From positions 1 to 64,000 of IMG/VR virus record IMGVR_UViG_3300046467_000865: DNA of 64,000 bases; one strand, written 5' to 3'. The notes under the pieces were generated by a model. The model saw nothing but the letters and a program-made list of their open reading frames with translations, searched no databases and had not been told where the DNA came from. Shown here one piece after another: positions 47,155-55,368 of the stretch. The position numbers and the translations under genes are program-made. Position 1 is the stretch's first letter. Each line of letters opens with the position of its first letter. This stretch comes from a virus (lineage: Duplodnaviria; Caudoviricetes).

Positions 47155-47946
47155 TTAGTTAACTACTTCTCCACCACCCTGCATACGCCGCTCGATTTCT
47201 CTCTGCGGGGTATTGCCGTCGTTTTCCGCAACGCCGGGAGCAACAGGAACATTAACAGTGGAAATAGATCTGAGTTCATCTTCTGTAAACTCACTACCAA
47301 GAGCAGGATGCTTGATCCATTCGATAGTGGGGATATGTGATACATCATAACCACCGAAGTGTTCTGATGTCAAGAAGAACGGAGTCGTGTTATCAAAAAC
47401 GAGTTCCGCTTCGGCGTAAGGAACCCTGAAGAGTTCTACGCACATCAGACGATATGCTTCACGGAACAGCTTTTTGATTTCGATGGCAGTAGACTCACTC
47501 CAGTCGTTTGACCAAGTGTTCTCACTAAGCTGAACAACATTGCTCATGCCCTGTAAGCAAAGCTCGATCCATCGACGGCAGTAGTCATTCTTTACATCAA
47601 AATATCTAATGGGATAGACCTTGAATGCTCTACGCTCGTGCGTAATGTGATGAGCTTCAAGACGCTCCACGTTATCTCTCTTGGTGTTCACATCAATAAG
47701 ATCGTTCAGGCGAACGAACATGTTGTGATGATGCTTTACCGCACCAAGCGTCGGAGGGCCGGGAACAAAACAGTCTGTTCTAATTGAGAACGCCTGTAGA
47801 TGCTCGCCAACCTTGTCAAACAACCTGCCTAGTGCTAGGTTGTGAGTTTCTTTGTTGTCCCCTACGTTGGGGATAGCCCACTTCACTCCCTCAAACATGT
47901 AAGGAATGATTGCATCGTGGGTGGGGGTTGCTAAAGTGTCAGACAT
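47155..47946 (-). CDS. Hypothetical protein (263 aa)
   Basis: Clean ORF with AGGAG SD; no motif recognised. Confidence 0.6.
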   Translation of the reverse strand: MSDTLATPTHDAIIPYMFEGVKWAIPNVGDNKETHNLALGRLFDKVGEHLQAFSIRTDCFVPGPPTLGAVKHHHNMFVRLNDLIDVNTKRDNVERLEAHHITHERRAFKVYPIRYFDVKNDYCRRWIELCLQGMSNVVQLSENTWSNDWSESTAIEIKKLFREAYRLMCVELFRVPYAEAELVFDNTTPFFLTSEHFGGYDVSHIPTIEWIKHPALGSEFTEDELRSISTVNVPVAPGVAENDGNTPQREIERRMQGGGEVVN

Positions 47947-47958
47947 GTTATATCTCCT

Positions 47959-49950
47959 TTACTCGATATTATATTTCTTCTTAAGTCTTTGACGCAATAA
48001 AGTGTCAATTTGAAACGCGGTCATAGTGTGGTCGTCTCCGTACTCATTGACCAATTCTCCCAGAGTGGTCATAATCTGCTCTGGGGCAATAGACTTCCTT
48101 GAACCAAAGGGTACATGTGGTAATTGTGGTGCTAATCCGGGTGACGATACTGGGCTGGTAGCCTTAAATCCGTAAGGGAGAAAATCACTTGGCATTTCAT
48201 CCACGCCTCGGCCTTTAGGGAGATCTTTTCGATCCATCACATATTCATCTTGATGTTCTTGAGGTCTCACAGGTCCACAGTCTGGAATGCCATAATGCTG
48301 ATGCTCATGTACGTGTTTGTGTACACGACCTCCACACCCGTTATCTTCTATTGGGGGTGGAGCAGGGGTTTCCCTATCAATATCATACCCATCATCGTCG
48401 TTTTCGTCATCCTCTTTTTTCTTTTTTCTTCTCCTTCTTCTGTTAAGTAAAAATGGAACTCCGTATTTAAGGGCTAGCATGCCTAAGCTGGCTCCACCAA
48501 GGGTAAAACTAACGTTTTCAACTGTATTACCATTACCACCAGTAGGCCCATCTAGATAGTGAACTCCATTTTCTGCAAGATCAGAAATTTTGTTGTCTTT
48601 ATCTTTAACAACACCTAATAGCTGATCTATTCTAGATTTAAGAGAGTCTTTCTGCCCCTCAACAGTTCCTAGTAATTCTTTTAGGCCATTAATTTCATTA
48701 TTAGCGCCTGAAAGATTCCCATTAATTCCAGACAATTCTGCCTTCAGGCTTTCGGAAAGAGCTTCAAGATTGGTTAGTTTTTCTTGAAGTTCTGTAATCT
48801 TATCAAGGTACTCCTGACGTTCTTTTGTAAAATCGATAGGTGGATCAACAGGGCCACCGGGATCTGGTCTTCCGGGCCAACCATCAAAGCCACCGCCACC
48901 GTCTGGAGGGTTTGGGTTAGAAGGTGGCAATTGAGGTGGTTGATTGGGCGGGGGACATCTATCCCAAGGACACCAAGGAAACAGACCGTTTCCTTCGTAT
49001 AGCTCGCCAACTCTGATGCCACCATAATATTTTGCCGTATCTTCAACGCTGCCATCGGTCATCTTCAGTTCAGGGCAAAACATAAACTCACCCTTGATGG
49101 TTTTCCTGAGACCTCCCTTATAGGGAATAACCACATGATCTTTAATTTTATGACCACAATGCGGACAGACTTTACTTAGTCGTTCGGCTGCGGACTTAGT
49201 GTTTATAGCCTCTTCTTCTTCGTACACTAAACTGTAAGAAGTTTCAATAGGATGCCCCTGACCATTACCCTCAATGATAGCATAAATTTGCTTTAGAGAT
49301 AAGCCAGCGCCGTAGTCATCTGGGCCATCATCTGTCCAAGCCCCGTCTCCAACTCTCCAAGCCAGCAAGATACCCAGTCTAGTGTGAGTCTCTCCCTTGT
49401 CATCTTTGATAAGAATGAGAACTCCACTACCTGATTGACCGCCAATAGGAGCGGCATTAAAACTAACAACAGCCCCCGCATTTCTCAGGACTCTACCTTT
49501 CCAAGCGCAAACCCATTGAGCAGAAGGACACCCGCCAGCCATAACGAGGTCGTTCGCCCCAATTTTCGTACCCTTGGGGGCTAGGGGAATTACTCTCGGG
49601 GGATACCGGCCAAAATATTTCTTTTTTACTGAGACTATGGCTAAGTCAAGAGCAGTACCCTCTTCGTAAGCTACGTATTCGGTTTTAAAAGGAATCATTG
49701 CGGATTTGTAGCCGTCTTGGAAAAATTCCAAGTGGCCTCTTTTGGCTCTTCCAATTACGTGACCGTTGGTCAGTACGTAGTAGTTTTCTTTATCTTCTTG
49801 AAATACAGTTCCGCTGCCTCTGGCTCCGTTGGTATTCACTCTACATACTGCGTCTAATGCTTGGTCAATAGTTAGAGCTTGTGCCGAGGCTGGCTGGCTA
49901 CTTAGAATCAACGCTAAGAAAAGCGTAACTGCGCATAGAAATTTATTCAT
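47959..49950 (-). CDS. Secreted, membrane-anchored S1 serine protease with Pro-rich linker and coiled coil
   Basis: Signal MNKFLCAVTLFLALILSSQPASA; TNGHV, LDLAIV, GQSGSG triad; PPPNQPP linker; heptads; TM followed by RRRRRKKKK; start moved to ATG 49950. Confidence 0.82.
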   Translation of the reverse strand: MNKFLCAVTLFLALILSSQPASAQALTIDQALDAVCRVNTNGARGSGTVFQEDKENYYVLTNGHVIGRAKRGHLEFFQDGYKSAMIPFKTEYVAYEEGTALDLAIVSVKKKYFGRYPPRVIPLAPKGTKIGANDLVMAGGCPSAQWVCAWKGRVLRNAGAVVSFNAAPIGGQSGSGVLILIKDDKGETHTRLGILLAWRVGDGAWTDDGPDDYGAGLSLKQIYAIIEGNGQGHPIETSYSLVYEEEEAINTKSAAERLSKVCPHCGHKIKDHVVIPYKGGLRKTIKGEFMFCPELKMTDGSVEDTAKYYGGIRVGELYEGNGLFPWCPWDRCPPPNQPPQLPPSNPNPPDGGGGFDGWPGRPDPGGPVDPPIDFTKERQEYLDKITELQEKLTNLEALSESLKAELSGINGNLSGANNEINGLKELLGTVEGQKDSLKSRIDQLLGVVKDKDNKISDLAENGVHYLDGPTGGNGNTVENVSFTLGGASLGMLALKYGVPFLLNRRRRRKKKKEDDENDDDGYDIDRETPAPPPIEDNGCGGRVHKHVHEHQHYGIPDCGPVRPQEHQDEYVMDRKDLPKGRGVDEMPSDFLPYGFKATSPVSSPGLAPQLPHVPFGSRKSIAPEQIMTTLGELVNEYGDDHTMTAFQIDTLLRQRLKKKYNIE

Positions 49951-49961
49951 TGTTGCGTTCC

Positions 49962-50048
49962 TCAATCGCTCTTGACCTTCGTCATAGCGCCTAAAATTAT
50001 CAGTGAAATTGCAAATCCTAAGATAATGATTCCTAAATCCTGTAGCAT
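49962..50048 (-). CDS. 28-aa single-TM micropeptide
   Basis: ATG immediately after the TAG of the upstream gene; MLQDLGIIILGFAISLIILGAMTKVKSD. Confidence 0.5.
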   Translation of the reverse strand: MLQDLGIIILGFAISLIILGAMTKVKSD

Positions 50049-50636
50049 CTACCAATCCTTTTGGATGGTAAACTTATATTCGAAAAGACATGACCTTGCT
50101 AGGTCCGCAGGTGTTACCGCGCTGTCAGCTAGGTACGGAACAGGATCTAAATAAGCCTGCCTGTAAGCATAAACAACGGCTGTGCTGCAAACGAATACGT
50201 TTGTCGGATCGTTGTCTTTTGTATTTTGCTCTGCTAATCTGCAAAACGGCAAGTAGTGTTTTCCTATTTTCCAGAAGTTTGTCCAGCCGTATGGCAAGCC
50301 AGTAATACTCCCCATGACATCCGTTATTTCGTTGCGAACATCTTTTGTGAGTTTGTAGCCCTTGCCATCAAATTCAATGTAATCAGCCGCTTTGAATACA
50401 TCAATGTTATTAGGATGTGTTTCAACCTGAGATTTCATGGAGACGGCTCTTCCGCCTTGAAATTCTCTAAATTCCACACACTGTAGATCATTATCATCCC
50501 AATGCGCCATTCCAGCATGGCTGTGAACTCCGCTGCCATAACGTTTAATAAGCCAAGAAATTAGTCCCTCGCCGCGAAACAGTAAAACATCTGCCTCTTC
50601 GATTTGGGATACTGCTTCGCGGTAAGGGACTAACAT
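50049..50636 (-). CDS. Permuted papain-like NlpC/P60 amidase (YiiX/YebB-like)
   Basis: ADVLLFRG, HSHAGM (His) precedes FVCSTAV (Cys); VTPADL. Confidence 0.75.
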   Translation of the reverse strand: MLVPYREAVSQIEEADVLLFRGEGLISWLIKRYGSGVHSHAGMAHWDDNDLQCVEFREFQGGRAVSMKSQVETHPNNIDVFKAADYIEFDGKGYKLTKDVRNEITDVMGSITGLPYGWTNFWKIGKHYLPFCRLAEQNTKDNDPTNVFVCSTAVVYAYRQAYLDPVPYLADSAVTPADLARSCLFEYKFTIQKDW

Positions 50637-50639
50637 AAT

Positions 50640-50960
50640 TTATTCACTCTCTAATTTTTTTTCTATTCTATCTAATATATCAGCGATCCTTCTCTGATCA
50701 TTAACGATTTGTGTCATGATGTGCTGCATTTCCTTTTGGGTTTCCGCCCAACTTCTCGGGACATAAACCAAAGGAGTGCCGTCAGCATCCTGTCTAGATA
50801 TCACCTTGTAGGTGTGTTGCATCCAATTTCTTTCGTCGTCCATCAAAGCGGACTTTGTGGGAACAGACTTTAAAATGAGAACCTCAATAACCTTCCCCAA
50901 ACCCAAGACTACTGCGACGACCGCCGCCAAAGCAGGAATTGAAAAGATGTCTGATTCCAT
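50640..50960 (-). CDS. Membrane protein with C-terminal coiled coil
   Basis: IPALAAVVAVVLGLGKVIEVLIL TM; helical C-terminus; GGAGG SD. Confidence 0.58.
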   Translation of the reverse strand: MESDIFSIPALAAVVAVVLGLGKVIEVLILKSVPTKSALMDDERNWMQHTYKVISRQDADGTPLVYVPRSWAETQKEMQHIMTQIVNDQRRIADILDRIEKKLESE

Positions 50961-50974
50961 GATGCCTCCAAGAT

Positions 50975-51012
50975 AAAAAGAGGGGCCGAGGTCGATTGAC
51001 CACCGACCCCTC
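50975..51012 (-). terminator. Intrinsic terminator
   Basis: GAGGGGTCGG..CGGCCCCTC hairpin (inner GGTC/GACC stem) followed by TTTTT. Confidence 0.75.
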
Positions 51013-51033
51013 CGGTCAAATTAAAATTGTCAA

Positions 51034-51603
51034 TTAGCCACCAGTCTTGGCAGGATAATCCTTGTTGTTGTTCGTAAACGTAACAAAGTCTTCCAGAATG
51101 GTGAATTCGCCGGGAACTGCACGGGTAGGCGTGGCAGCGTGATCGGCGTTGAACGAAACATTGTCGCCAGCGTTACCGCCATCGGTTGCAATACCGGTGG
51201 CATAAGCAATACTGGTGATATGAATACGCTCGGTTTCAGATAGGTCATGAATAGCAACGCGCTCTGGCACTTCGCTTCCGGGGAAGGTCAGTAGTGTTGA
51301 AGCAACATTGTTAATCTTCGAAGCATAGCCACGAATCAAGAACTGAGGATCGTTGGCCTTGGGCTGGTAGGCTATGGCGCCGGAACCCTTGGAGGTTGTA
51401 ATACCGGGAACCCATTTACTGCCAGTAAGAGCCACTACCTTGGCTCCGTAGCCTACGTCGGGAGTCTCTGAGACCGCAAGATCGCTAACCTGAAGTGTTC
51501 TCGTTACGGCAGAACCTTTCGTGGTGGTAGTCTGAGACGTAACGCCTAGAACGGTTCCACCATTGTTCTTTGTGCCTGTACCTGATACTGTAGTTGTAGC
51601 CAT
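51034..51603 (-). CDS. Probable abundant virion/structural protein (189 aa, Thr/Gly/Ala-rich)
   Basis: Own promoter and terminator; composition; CGY Arg codons and C-ending codons. Confidence 0.5.
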   Translation of the reverse strand: MATTTVSGTGTKNNGGTVLGVTSQTTTTKGSAVTRTLQVSDLAVSETPDVGYGAKVVALTGSKWVPGITTSKGSGAIAYQPKANDPQFLIRGYASKINNVASTLLTFPGSEVPERVAIHDLSETERIHITSIAYATGIATDGGNAGDNVSFNADHAATPTRAVPGEFTILEDFVTFTNNNKDYPAKTGG

Positions 51604-51668
51604 TATAAAATACCTTTCTCATGGCCATCAATCCTATTTTTCCTATTAGTATTAGTTCCAATCCTAAT

Positions 51669-51677
51669 ATATTATAC
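51669..51677 (-). promoter_or_regulatory. Putative promoter -10 element GTATAATAT
   Basis: Intergenic, ~65 nt upstream of the 51603 ATG. Confidence 0.62.
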
Positions 51678-51693
51678 ACCAATTTCGACAATG

Positions 51694-52200
51694 TTACTTG
51701 CATATCTCCTGTAATTTCTCAATCCCCTTCTTCACATACCGTCTGGCAGTTTCTCTGCTATAGTTATTTTCTTTGCCTATCTCTTCCATGGTTAATCCAA
51801 AAAAGAATTTTTGTTTTATAACAATTTCAAGTTTTGGTGGAAGTTTTTCAACAATGTCGAAGATTTCGAAGTTGTTTTTGTCTATACATTCAGTTAGCAT
51901 ATCGTCGTATGCAACTCCCTTTCTAAACTTATTTATTAGATAAAGCTCTTTTTGACATTCCCACTTTATACTATTGTAGAGATACGACGTAAATTTTTGA
52001 CCGCCTAACGGATTGAATCTAACCATAGCTTTCCACAGAGCAACAAGTTTGCATCTGTGGATATCATCAGGCGGTATAATACGAAGATAGAAGCTACAAA
52101 CTTTACTCATTATCCTAATATTGTTAGGATTTTTAAGCTCTTTATCAAAATCTTCGTCTAGAATCATTTTTTGATACATACATTTCCTACGCCCTCTCAT
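51694..52200 (-). CDS. Second sigma-70 family sigma factor
   Basis: LWKAMVRFNP..QKFTSYLYNSIKWE (region 2); GLTMEEIGKENNYSRETAR (region 4); GGAGG SD. Confidence 0.78.
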   Translation of the reverse strand: MRGRRKCMYQKMILDEDFDKELKNPNNIRIMSKVCSFYLRIIPPDDIHRCKLVALWKAMVRFNPLGGQKFTSYLYNSIKWECQKELYLINKFRKGVAYDDMLTECIDKNNFEIFDIVEKLPPKLEIVIKQKFFFGLTMEEIGKENNYSRETARRYVKKGIEKLQEICK

Positions 52201-52213
52201 TGTCCTCCGGCTT

Positions 52214-52852
52214 TTAATTATCGTCTGAATGCAATAAAACCCCGCCAGTTATGAGTTTGGCATTTTTATATAGCAACAAAGTCTCTTTAAATAATTTATC
52301 GTTGTCGCTATCAGACGATATACAATCAAGTTCTCCATTGGGGAAAACAAAAATGGCCCAATGTTTATGAGAACATAAGTCATCTTTAAGAAGGTTTATC
52401 GCATCAGAAGTCGGCTCGTGGTCGTGGTAAGCCGGTGATGAGCAAACTTGTTTTTCTATATTTACTCGAACATCTCTGAAGCTAAATAATTTTCCTATTC
52501 CTATAAAAAATCTGTATCTAGTTAGAACCATTAGAACTTCAACGCCGGGGGTTCTTTCAATAATTTCCTGAACTTCGTAAGTGATGTCAAAATCGGTATA
52601 CCCAAGCCAGCAGTCAAACTGCTTTGTTGGACTCATCTTGTCATTTACATTGTACATACCCATTGGAGTATTGACTAATTTAGGAATACTCTCAAAAAAA
52701 CTAGCTAAGTCATACTCCGTAGGCTCTTCGGAGATTTCTTCAGCGTCTAAGTTTGGAGAAAACAGGGATTGCAGACTGTTCGGACTGCTTTCGGCCTCTG
52801 GGTCTTCCCATTTTTCCCACGCTATAGTGTTTTGTTGGGAGGTCATAGACAC
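52214..52852 (-). CDS. Hypothetical protein
   Basis: Clean ORF. Confidence 0.58.
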   Translation of the reverse strand: MSMTSQQNTIAWEKWEDPEAESSPNSLQSLFSPNLDAEEISEEPTEYDLASFFESIPKLVNTPMGMYNVNDKMSPTKQFDCWLGYTDFDITYEVQEIIERTPGVEVLMVLTRYRFFIGIGKLFSFRDVRVNIEKQVCSSPAYHDHEPTSDAINLLKDDLCSHKHWAIFVFPNGELDCISSDSDNDKLFKETLLLYKNAKLITGGVLLHSDDN

Positions 52853-52858
52853 CTCTCT

Positions 52859-53176
52859 TTAGAAGGGGTTGTCGGGAAAAACTTCTGTCGGTCTCACAAC
52901 CGGTGTGGATTGAAGTTGTTTAGCCTGTCTATCATACCTTTTTGTAAGACCCGCTACAAGGGCGGCATAGGATGCTTCGCGTCCGTTTTGGGCGCACTCT
53001 TCTTCAAAAAAACTAAGAGTGTCTGAAAGGAGTTGCCCTGAGTGTAGATCGTATAGCATATCTGTGAACAGGCTGTTATCGTCGCCCCACTCTGCGTCTA
53101 CCCATACGACGCCGTCCGTGTCGATGCTATAGATTACATACCCGAGTGAATCTTTTTTTTTACCACTTAGATTCAT
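52859..53176 (-). CDS. Hypothetical acidic protein
   Basis: Clean ORF. Confidence 0.52.
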   Translation of the reverse strand: MNLSGKKKDSLGYVIYSIDTDGVVWVDAEWGDDNSLFTDMLYDLHSGQLLSDTLSFFEEECAQNGREASYAALVAGLTKRYDRQAKQLQSTPVVRPTEVFPDNPF

Positions 53177-53574
53177 CTCATTATTATGGTTAGACTGTTT
53201 AGTAATTTGTCATATTCCTTATCTAGAGAATCTCGCTTCTTTTGACTGTATTCAGTAAGCGTTACCCAAGAGCCAGAAGTGACTTCAACATCTTCTGGTA
53301 TAAAAACTCCGTGGTTTAGATATAGCTCAAGACCATCATCAGTTTCTACATTAGCGCAACCTATAAGTTTTACATCAAGCCAATATGGGTCAACGTCCAA
53401 GTGTTTTAGACATATTTTTTTAATGACATCTTCTACAGTTTGATGGGAGCCATAGAGTAAATAATTGGGGATGGTGTTTTCTTCAGAAAGAAGAAGGCTG
53501 TAAACCACCTCTCCTTTAAGGGTTGTTGTAAATATGCCAAGGTTGACCCTAACCTTATACTTTAGAGAAGTCAT
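53173..53574 (-). CDS. Hypothetical, possibly degenerate Nudix fold
   Basis: Layout resembles Nudix/NrtR (V.L.IFT...LLL...P...TVEDV) but lacks the Nudix box. Confidence 0.35.
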   Translation of the reverse strand: MTSLKYKVRVNLGIFTTTLKGEVVYSLLLSEENTIPNYLLYGSHQTVEDVIKKICLKHLDVDPYWLDVKLIGCANVETDDGLELYLNHGVFIPEDVEVTSGSWVTLTEYSQKKRDSLDKEYDKLLNSLTIIMR

Positions 53575-53580
53575 ACCGTC

Positions 53581-53790
53581 CTAGCTTTCTTTCGATACAG
53601 CGTCCAAGATTGCCATGCAACTTATTGCGCTTTCGTAATCTCGTGTAGCCTTAACGACCTCTTCTACTACGTTAGAGTGATCTCCTACAGCCAAGGGGTT
53701 GCTACAGTAAAGATCTAGCCTAACCCTAGCTTCCGCCGCCTTTGCATGAAAATGTTCTCTGGCAGCTTTCATTGTGGGACTCATTATCAT
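53581..53790 (-). CDS. Small helical phage protein
   Basis: AAEARVRLDLY..NP..VGDH pattern; AAGGAAGG SD. Confidence 0.52.
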   Translation of the reverse strand: MIMSPTMKAAREHFHAKAAEARVRLDLYCSNPLAVGDHSNVVEEVVKATRDYESAISCMAILDAVSKES

Positions 53791-53825
53791 CCTTCCTTTA
53801 GGTTCTTACGTTAAATCGCGGCGAT

Positions 53826-54038
53826 CTACTTGGGAAGACAATTCCCACAGCTACAGCCGTTGTCGTCGCATTTGCATACGTCACAAGCGCAGTCGTCGCA
53901 AGCACAGACGGCTTTATCGCCACCGGCAACCGGACACACGCCAGCACAATTACATAGCAAGGGGCAGAAGTGCAGACAGTAACCTACTGCAATCCCAATA
54001 CCCAAGCATAAAAAGTGTTCTTTGATGAAGTCTAGCAT
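53826..54038 (-). CDS. Membrane-anchored metallothionein-like Cys-rich peptide
   Basis: 15 Cys in 70 aa; hydrophobic N-terminus; CxC clusters CACDDCACDVCKC..CSCGNC. Confidence 0.6.
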   Translation of the reverse strand: MLDFIKEHFLCLGIGIAVGYCLHFCPLLCNCAGVCPVAGGDKAVCACDDCACDVCKCDDNGCSCGNCLPK

Positions 54039-54865
54039 TTGATCTCTCCCTTAAATTGATATTGAATTTCTTGGTGACATCCTCTCACGTTTGAGAAGTC
54101 CATAGACTTAAAATCTATCGACTGTCCTTCCAAAAACATTTCATTCAGCTTTTCTAAACTAATTCCATGCTTAACGCCAGCGGCGTTAGCCGAAGATCCA
54201 ACAATATTAATGGGGGTGTTGACTACAACGCTCTCTGAGAAACACGACATAACCGGTGGCAGACTGTTTGCTTTGCCCCTGCCTTCAAAACCATTCGGTG
54301 TGTCAAAATCATAATCAATCATATCAGAGATAGTTTTAGTTTTAAATATGTGTCCGTCTACAGAAAAGGGGTATGCAAAATTAGTGTGCTCTGGAAGAGC
54401 GGTCCAATCCCACAAAAGGTAAGTGTCGTCAAATACTGCGACTTTTTGAGGAATAGGAGAGTACGTGCCTTTATATTCATTTTGTATCAAAGTGTTGGCC
54501 CCGAGTCTTAGTGATAGACAGACTACGTTGTCGTCGTGTTCAAACAATTCAGAAATAGAATTAAAATTAACATCTATTTTTCTGTAGACTATGTTGTCAT
54601 CAACAAAGAAGCAGACATATTCACCACAATTATCAATGGCGTTTAAAGTTATTTCTCTAAAGTCAGACGGAGCGTTTTCCTGTTTAATGAAATTCACATC
54701 ACTGTAATTATCCAGCAGCTTATCATAACCCTCTTGAAAAGCATCGTCAGTAGCCGTGTAGATTACTGTGCTGTCGAATAAGTCCGAACCGTTTTCATTC
54801 ATACTCTCCAGTAGAAGGTTTAACTGGTTCGCTCTGTCTTTAGAAAAAATAATTGTGGATATCAT
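54032..54865 (-). CDS. GT-A-like hypothetical protein
   Basis: IIFSKDRANQLNLLLES, FFVDDNI, YPFSVDGHI; start moved to ATG 54865. Confidence 0.55.
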   Translation of the reverse strand: MISTIIFSKDRANQLNLLLESMNENGSDLFDSTVIYTATDDAFQEGYDKLLDNYSDVNFIKQENAPSDFREITLNAIDNCGEYVCFFVDDNIVYRKIDVNFNSISELFEHDDNVVCLSLRLGANTLIQNEYKGTYSPIPQKVAVFDDTYLLWDWTALPEHTNFAYPFSVDGHIFKTKTISDMIDYDFDTPNGFEGRGKANSLPPVMSCFSESVVVNTPINIVGSSANAAGVKHGISLEKLNEMFLEGQSIDFKSMDFSNVRGCHQEIQYQFKGEIKC

Positions 54866-55368
54866 GTGTCGCTTTTCTTTTCGTCGTTTTCTGTGACTTT
54901 TTTGACCTTCTTTTCGGGCACTACCGGCTTCAGGTCTTCGGGTCTTGTTCCCGGTTCTTTTCCTTTTCCGGCTCCGTTGTGAGCGACGGCATCTTTCTTT
55001 ACGGGAACACACTTGCCGTCTTTTTCAACATACCCCTCGTTGCAGTTGGGGGGATACCCAGCCTTTTTATCGGCGTAAGACTCTGATGTTCTATTTAGAA
55101 TATGATCAGACATAGTTTCACCTCTCGTTCTTTTTTTAAATATTAAAGTTCTTCCCTTTTTTCTATACACACCCCTTCTGGAATAGTAAAAGAGTTCTCC
55201 AGTCTTGGGGTCTTCATATTCATAAGCACCCTTAGACTTATTCTCCCACTTACTGTTACAGAAAGCGACTCTTTGTTTTGAATCTGGAAAATCTCTCTTA
55301 GCTTCTTCGCTTGACATACATCGTGATATGTAGTCTTTTTTTTGTTCGCTTTTACGTGGAGACGGCAT
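54862..55368 (-). CDS. Hypothetical basic phage protein
   Basis: MPSPRKSE..YISRCM..FPD..QR.A.C...W N-terminus; CNEGYVEKDGKC. Confidence 0.55.
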   Translation of the reverse strand: MPSPRKSEQKKDYISRCMSSEEAKRDFPDSKQRVAFCNSKWENKSKGAYEYEDPKTGELFYYSRRGVYRKKGRTLIFKKRTRGETMSDHILNRTSESYADKKAGYPPNCNEGYVEKDGKCVPVKKDAVAHNGAGKGKEPGTRPEDLKPVVPEKKVKKVTENDEKKSDT

